DNA of 64,000 bases from Lingula anatina (Eukaryota; Animalia; Brachiopoda), in the NCBI GenBank assembly GCA_051362555.1, contig CM120642.1, positions 20,584,001-20,648,000 on the forward strand, read 5' to 3'. Below the pieces are notes generated by a model. That model was not told the origin of the DNA and ran no database searches. It was given only the letters and a program-made list of their open reading frames with translations. The translations under genes were made by a program, and so were the position numbers. Positions within the stretch are counted from its first letter, which is position 1, and each line of letters starts with the position of its first letter. This document shows positions 28,601-37,941 of this stretch, piece by piece.

Positions 28601-30940
28601 TAAGATTTTTGGAAAAGAAGGATCATATACGGCAATGGATCTTTGGCTACAATGATGCAATATCTGAATAACTCTTCATCAATACCAGACAAAGCTATTT
28701 TTAAGATCACCAAGAATAAATACATTAATACAAACAAATTTATATGAACATGACAGCATTGTTTGTGATCATAATGCTCACAGCATCTCACATGCCTAGC
28801 TCAATCATTATAAAAACCAGTATGGAACAAAAACCCTGTAAATTACCTTTGTGCATCAAATAGACCATTTAGCACAATTCGACCATATGGCTTCTCCACA
28901 CACGACACCACACACCTTATTTTCATACCACACCAGTGATATTTTATTCTATTGATTATTGGATCATTTTCCACTGAAGGCAATTAGTGCATAATTCTGC
29001 AGTTGTTGTTGACATAGTAAGGTGGTATTTCATTTTGTGCATTTGTTATTTGAAGAGGCAGCTTTGGAAAACCGAGGAGATTTTATAACAACTTTCATGG
29101 CTTTGGGAAAATAACAGAGATATAAAAAGGACAAGGTTATAACTTTCTGTCCATCCTAATATATTTCATATTTAAAACACCACTGTGCCCCCAAATATTC
29201 AGCTTTGAAAACTACACAACTTTCAGTATCTCACCTGTGACAACCAGTACCCATAAAAATGTTTAGTATCTCGCCAGTACCAGTACCCATATAAATATGA
29301 GATGACACCAGCCCAGGGGTATCTTAAAACAACTGCTTGCTCTTTTCAGGCATGTTTAAGTACCACATGCATTTGTGAGCTTTAATGTTGTTCCATGGGT
29401 CTAACAATTTTCCAATTTTCAAACAAACTGCCCTTTTTGACAGCAAAAGGTCCACTTTGGGTAAAATTTTATCTAGGTACATAAAAGATTCATGGTAAAA
29501 GGTTCAATTTTTTGGAAAAAGACCCCCCCCTCTTCCTCTGAAAAACCTGGCTATAGGCCTGTACCTCAAATCATGGAGAAGTTCTCCTAATCTGCTTCAA
29601 TTTCTAATGACTTGGAAATAAAGGCAACTGGAGACAATGATTGCTTTTGTGGTGATTAACCACAGAATAATAGCTCATCTTCAATCACCAGTATTAACCA
29701 TTAGTTCTCTGGTGATTTTCTTTATCATAAACGGAGAAATATGAGAAGTGAGCAAGAGAATTAATGATTGGTTAGAAGAGAGGAGAGGGGGGGGGGGAAG
29801 GAGGTTTAGCACCAACTAAGGTTGTCCTTCATGTGAATGCAAAGAAATGTTTTGTCTCATTATTTCTATCAATTAGTTTCTTTTTTTCTTTTTACTGTCA
29901 AATTAAAAGACCACATACAAACATTTGATTATTTCCTTTCTGTTATACTTCAAATGATAACCTTAAGAAATAACAACTGTTTGTTTTAGCCAAAATTTTT
30001 TTTTTCCTGGGGTAAACAACAATTTTCCCATACTTACCAATGGTTAATGTCTTGAGCACAACATTTAGCAAAAACTGTTCATCAATTTATCTTTATACTT
30101 ATTTAATTTATTTTAGTTGAAATGCATTCATCTACTATGATTACAACATTCATCTGCAGAAGTCTAAAAAAAAAAAAAAGCTTGCCTTCTTGGGAATCAT
30201 GGAGTAAGCAATATGGAGACAAATGGCTCCCGATCTCTCTCTACGATCATGTCACAAGCCTTTCGCTGTACTCCAGAACAAAACTAATTAGTTTGATTTC
30301 CTGGGAGGCCAATGGCTGTACACTGTGCTTACCTAAGATAGCAACATCAATCCTCTCTACTTAACAGTGGTTACTAAGGCAATGGGACAATCACCATAGC
30401 AACTGTTTCTTAGTTATTTATATAATTTACAAAGGGTTATTATCTGAGCAGAGGTAAGCCAAGCTAAAGTACATCTTTGACTGAAATCTATATTACATAG
30501 AATCTACTATATTGCTGATGGACCAGAAGTTTTTGCCACGTAACTCCATTTTTAACCATTTTAAATGGGTATACTTCACTGCCACACCTCTTTAGCTTAA
30601 CCAGTGCAAGCCAAGAACCCTAAAATGTGTGTCTAGGTAATTATGAGTATATGGATGACATAAACTAAGAGATTGTAGGCTGCCAAAATAGGGAAATCCC
30701 TGCTTGCATTGCACTCTTACAGCATAACATCACAATGACATTTTGTGTTAAAAAAAAAATAATAATGATGCAAATACAGTATTTTCATTGTTCCTTTTTG
30801 GTTTGCCACTTCTGCATCAATGCCTTTTTCAATTTATATATATGAATAACAGAAACAATCAAAATGCCACAAAAAAAATTACATATATACATAAAACACA
30901 ATAAATACTAATTCTAAAGATGTAAATTAGCATATTTGCA

Positions 30941-30985
<45 letters not shown>

Positions 30986-33619
30986 GAAAATTTCAACCAC
31001 AAAATGAAAATGAACTGTACTTACTGTTCATCAAAATCTAACATGGGTGGATCAAACCTTATAGGACTAGATGGCAACCTACTTTCTTGTAAACTGTAAA
31101 AGAAAAACAAAATGTTTTCTATTTTAGTTAAAAATAATAATCATAACAATCACTTAGATAATACAGGGTATTTTTCACTACAAGAATTCATAGCATTTCT
31201 TTCATATTTTAATATGAATATTTTAAAAAAAATGAATTAAAGTTTAATCTAACTACTTCAATCAAAACAATAGCATTTCAGTCAACAAAACTGAAAAAAA
31301 ACCCAGTTAATCCATTTATCACTTGAAAAAGATGAACATCATAAGATTTTAGATCAGCCCTAATAAGATTACTCAATTATTTCTAAGTTATCCTAAAACT
31401 AACAAAATAAACCATAAAACTCTGCCTTAGGCCCCTATTTCACACAGACCACGAGTCCCACGAATCACCAGGAATTGACAAATTTCAGGATTCGTGAGGA
31501 TTCGTGACATTTTGCCAATTTTCTGGTCTAATTCGACACGCTCACGATTCAGTTACGATACAGGTGCGATAGTGTTCTGAATATTCGTGGGATTCGGCTA
31601 GAGTCGTGAGATTTTGCCAATTTTCTGGTCTAATTCGACACGCTCACGATTCAGTTACGATACAGGTGCGATAGTGTTCTGAATATTCGTGGGATTCGGC
31701 TAGAGTCGTGAGATTTTGCCAATTTTCTGGTCTAATTCGACACGCTCTACGATTCAGTTACGATACAGGTGCGATAGTGTTACGAATATTCGTGGGATTC
31801 GGCTGGAATTGCACGAATATTGTCCAGAAATTCACTACGATTATTTGGAATCGTGAGTTCGTGGCCAAAACTTTGAACAGCTCAAAATTTTTGCCACGAA
31901 TTCCCAATTGATCAAGAATTGCAAGAACTGACTACGATTGTATACGAATCTGTTAAGAACTTCACGAACTGATTACGATTCAACCACGAATCATGAAATT
32001 TTCAATTCCTGGCGATTCGTCGTCTGTGTGAAATAGGGGCATCAAAGTTTTTGCCACCAATTCCTGTTGGTCAAGAAGTGCAAGAACTGACTACGAATAT
32101 ATACGAATCTGTTCAGAACTTCACAAACTGATAACGATTCAACCACGAATCGTAAAATTTGTCAATTCATGGCCATTCGTGGGATTCGTGGTCTGTGTGA
32201 AATAGGGGCATAATGAAGTACTAGTACTTGTTTACAGATAGAAATTTCCAAACTGAAAACATCTTGCAGTTCAGCCATCAAAAGAGTCCATTTTTCTGTA
32301 TCATTTGTTTTCAATATTAATGTGCCAGCAAAGCCACATGATAATCAAACCATTTTCTTTTTTTCATTACAAGGATGTTACTCTACATGGCTATCTCCTC
32401 CTATAAACCAAAGCTTAAGCCAGACAGAGATACATACAAAATCACACACTCAAGTTCTTTTAAATTAATTTCCACATACAGCACAACACAATTAACACTA
32501 TTCTATATTCAAAATTCCTCAACTTCTTAAAAAAAAAGAAGCTGCAAATTTTATGAGAAAGAACTGCATAAACACTATGCTAGAATGGCCATTTGTGAGA
32601 AAAGGTTCATATATTAATATTTCTATCAAATCTTACAAAACCCCTCAAAATAGTCCCAATACGAAATAACAATATACTATAACTTCCTGGTCAAAAGTTG
32701 AGGGCTCAATTCACGCAACTTATGTTTACAAAACATACACAACCTGAATGAACTTCACCTCAGCACATTTTTTACTCTTTCTCAACAAATATCACTTTGA
32801 ATGCATTGGGAATATATTATTAACAACTGCAGACATTAAATTCTGTACACTAAAATGCACTCAAGGGATGCACTTCATTATAGCCTACTATCTAACTAGG
32901 GCACACGTTGTTCACCCATCTCCTGGTCGCTGTCACGTTTGGAGAGGTTGTACTAAAGGTTACTTCTGACAAGATTAGATGACAGTGATTATCGTACTAA
33001 AGCCTATATATCACCTCCTTCAGGGATCAAGTGGGTCATGTCCTAATTACTACAGAGTACCTAGATATGGACCATCAATCTGTCACCAGTAGGTGAAATA
33101 AATGAGTATTGGGTCCCCATGTCTTCTTTATACTGGGCTTTCCCTAGGAGTGTCTTGCCCAATGCCTTTTGGCCAAATAGCTGGATCATTTGAGCCAAAT
33201 CAAAATATTGACAGTGATCAATGATAAATTTGGCTAAACAGTGCACTTAGTTTCATTAGTCATATTAGAATATAGTATGTTTAGCAATAAGCCAAATGCA
33301 ATATGTTAGAGGAAGTCCTGTCACACCTTACATGGTCTGCAATGATAGATTTTTTATGAATGAGTATGCTTAGCGAACACCCACTTCAATCTACTTTGGA
33401 GTAATTTACGAGAGGAAATTGGTGTATGCAAGCATTCACAGACTTAACTGCTCCTAATTCAATGTAAAATCTAAAGGGATTAATATATTGGTTTTTAATT
33501 TTTCTTCACATGATATAGTTTTTCTGCTGCAGCTCTGAGAAAACACACCACTGCACTACCTGGGAAGACTTTGGGATAAAATTGCTTTCAAACCAAAAAC
33601 CTGAAAATCTTAGCCAAAT

Positions 33620-33697
<78 letters not shown>

Positions 33698-35139
33698 CAT
33701 ATTAAAATGATATTAACACAACCTTTCATCCTCGACCAAAGAAATCATTTCAAAAATGGGGCACTCCAAACAATGCCTATTCTCCACAACTAAACAGAGC
33801 ATCCTGTACGACTTGTCAGGGTATTTGGTTGGAAATCTCAAGATTAACAGGATCAAATCTGAAAACTGTGGAGTGTTTACTGTTTTCAATGGGTTATAAG
33901 AGGTTTTTAAATTTAAGCACAACCACCAGGTATAGAAGTGCAGAAAAAAAAGGTTATTCAATCATGTATTCTTTGAGATAAAGTCCTGAATCACGTATGG
34001 CAATGTATTTGGTGTTAATAGCACTTGCCCATCATAGAGATCATTCAAAATACCAAGTAGTATACCCCTCACTTAGGCAGTAACTTTGAACAGCTATTAG
34101 GAAAGTTATATTGGTAGGATCATAAATAAAACTCATTATTTCACAAAAAAATGTTTGAGACTAAAAGGATCCATTTTCAATTCCCAAATATGAACAAAAC
34201 ATACTCTGATTACAATATACATCCACCCTATATATCCAGACTACTTGGTGTTCTATGGAAAAGTTATTTTAAAAGTCACGCCAGAAAGAGCGTGCCATCT
34301 CCAAATAAACTGAGAAGTTTTGTTACAAACAAATTCTTGTTTTGTAATGGGCAATGGGCATGGTAAGTGCACATCTCAAGTATGGTGACCTTTAGTTTTT
34401 GTAGGTCAGGGAATACAAAGCAAGTAGTTCTTCAGGCCTCTTTTCTTTACAAATTCCTGCAACCTTCCATCATTCAAGTGAAAATTAATCTGCTCCTGGG
34501 TCCACAGCCTGGGTCCACTATCCAATACCAATCTCCTTCACAGACGATTATCAACTGTACTAGTAAATACATCTTTCACACATTCCCCCATCAAAATAAC
34601 CCAATCATTGTGCACTTTCTACAGGTATAACAATCATCAGTAGCACCTCATTCTTGTGGCCTGGTTTGGAGGGGATTTAGAGCCTATGCTGTTAATATAC
34701 CAACTGTATAATTATAACAGATAGTAATTAAGGGGAACTTTCTAACTTCTTCATGCATATCTCAATTATCACCCGGAACAAATATTCTCATTTCATAATC
34801 TTCTTACCTTTACCTGACCTTTGGAAAAAAAACTGAATTAATGAAGAATATTTGTTCATTTAAGCCAGAGTTAATTCCTTCACATGGAATAATTTAGAGT
34901 ATTACGGAGGTAAGTATGCTCAGGTGTTATTTCATGATTCAGCTGTTACTCTATGTACCCTGACACTGTCAATCAATAATTCAGAACTCAGTACATATAC
35001 TTTGCACAGCCAATGTTTTATGTTGTTTCAGCCTGTGTGCATGAATACATATGTGTAAGCTTACGTGCATGCATGCAGATAAAAACACACATGCACAGGA
35101 TTTTCAATTCATACACAAGCACACGACTGTATTATGATT

Positions 35140-35187
<48 letters not shown>

Positions 35188-37906
35188 CATGTCACTGTGG
35201 AGACAGACTCAACACCTGTTTTTCTCGACTCAGTTGCCTGATCACATTCCATCACTTAATATTTCATTTGTGGCATCAGTGCACATGACCTGGTTGATGT
35301 TTTTTTTTCTTATATCACCTGCCACTATGTATCCTACAAATGACTTGTGCAAGACTACACTGCTGTAAACAGATTGTTTGTACTAGTACACACCAAATAC
35401 AACTCAAAACAGCCAATAAATTATATTATAAAAATTACATTTTGAAATATATCTTTAAAACAACCCACTAATCCTATTATTTGGTATGTCTATTTGATTA
35501 TCAGTCTTTACATAATTTACTTCTATTCACTGATCCTTGATTTTCCCTTTCATTTCCAACATACAAGCACTGTATATAAATGTCTCTCAAACCTAGTGAG
35601 CTGGGAGGGGGAGGCTGCATCTAAAACCTATCACAATCATTCACTCCGCACATTCACAACTTACTACCTAGGCTGCCCTATAGATACCTTTCCAGGTTGT
35701 TGTTATACTTGAGGTTACTTCCTAGGCCACTTAGCGGCAGGTTTTTGATGTGCCCGTTCACAAACGCATTACGGCAAGGTGGGGGTCATGCCAAATATAC
35801 CCAGGCAAGCGCAATTTGCTCAAGTCAATCAGTTCAAAATGTCCAACACAATCAATTTCAAACTTATCAATGAAAAACTTTTTAATTAGCTACAATATCT
35901 ATTGGTTAAACTTACTGCCATTGGCAAAAATTATTATAAATGACGCTATGGCTTAAAAGTCACTTTCAAACCTAGTGGCATCTTAAATTTATGGACGTAC
36001 TGACCAGTTTAAAGCAATAACCCCCCCTATTAAAATGTCACTTGGATACCAGATTCACTTAATACCCATACTAAAAACTATCAAGAGCAAAAGCAGGAGT
36101 TTTATGAAATTCAAATATCTGAGAATTACCACCCTGGCTAGACAGAGGTAGACAAAGTAAGGGTAAGGCCTTCTGGGACTGATTAGAAGATTTAAATTCA
36201 AATGAGTGAGTGAATTATCCAGCCTCAATGTTGGTTCAACCTTCACATAAACAAGGTAGTTTATTCTCTAACATTTTCTTTTCATCACTCTGCATTTTCT
36301 TTTCATTACAGCACCACCATAAACAGAACTTTCAGCAGCCTTCAGTGCAACCCATGCCCATAGAAAACTACAATGCATGGCTTGCTTGGTGCTTTCAATA
36401 TTTGACGTAAGAAACAACCTTAAATGACAATGGCAAGGAGTGGTTCAGTGCTTTAGTACAATATCTCTACCGGCCAACCAACTTGAACACTTACAGAACC
36501 AAAAAGTGATAGTTTGTGCATTTCTACAAGTTAAAAGTCACAGCCTTTCAACTCTGTACAGCTATTTTTGCATTCATAGAAGCAATCACAAGTGCTTGTA
36601 TTATCATTACACCTGCAATTAATTGATAAGATTATTAAACTAAAAAAATGAATGAGTTTACTTAAAATCTGCATTGTTCCAAGTTGAGGAAAAAAATACA
36701 TACACCATGTTTGAAAATTTTGTCATGCTTTAATCATGTCGTATTTAAAAAAAAACAATTCAGTACAACAAATATTCATGTTCTCAATGACAAACAGAAA
36801 AATGTTTATTCCAATGGTGTCAATGAACTCTCCTATTGGTTCATGCAGTCTACCTCTTGGCTTTCATAAGCAATGCTTATGAAAAAGGTAAAAGAAACTA
36901 GCCTTTTGTTATCACACAGTGAAGCCGATTCTGCAAGGCCCAACACGATATCAAATTTATACAAATGACCACTTTGTCCAGCCACAACATTGAATTTCAA
37001 AATACATGTGATGGCAGACCACAAACCCCCAAACAGATCCACATACACACTTCCTCCGGTCATCAAAAACCACTATACATAATCAGTATCCCATTAGAGA
37101 CCTCACAGGGCAAACTAGGAGAAGAAGTTCCACTTCAACTTCACCTGGCCATATATCACATAGCAGTCCCCACTCCACATATTGATCTCACTGCTGATGT
37201 TCTATATGGATATATTGAAAACATCCAGACTACTGAACTAAGAGGTCTGCGGCAGGCAATGACTATAAACCAATTAGTTAAATTAATCACTTCTGCTATG
37301 ATCCTCCTCCTCCATCTTCTGTCAGAATAGCAGCAGCAACAATTCTTAGGCCTTGATGAATAAATATTGCCATAATTGGAACTGAACATTTAAGTGAACA
37401 GACTGGTCGACTTTGGCTTTTTATAACTATTGATAAACAAAATGAAATCATTTTAAAGAGACAAGAAATACAAACAAATGGAATAACTGCCATTTACTTG
37501 GATGCACTTACAGTAATATGGGTCAAATAGTAAAGATAAGTCTGTATTAATCAGCCGGTTTTATTAAATAGCAGTTATGAGAGAAGTGATGCATCCGTTT
37601 TAGAAGTAAATGTGAAATTTTAGTTATATTATCCATTGTAAGGTGCCAAATAAGAAACTTATTATTATTATTAAAGCAACTGCAAAGTTTTGTCCAATCA
37701 AAGAGCTAATTTATACCTTCAGCATACCACATGGCTAGACTGTCTTCTATTATAATTACCACTCTTTCCTTGTCTACGATATTTCTGATCTTTTCTGTTC
37801 ATGGAGGGAAGATCAGACTTTTGATAATAGTATAAAATGTTTTGGGGAACCTTGCAGGAAAAAAATTAGACCCAGGTTTTGATTTTTCTGGATTTGATTT
37901 TTTATT

Positions 37907-37941
<35 letters not shown>

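Noticed and set aside
31500-31810. 102-bp repeats and ORF 31708..31911 as a possible array or gene
   Set aside because: Internal tandem repeats of a TIR element; no spacers and no protein similarity
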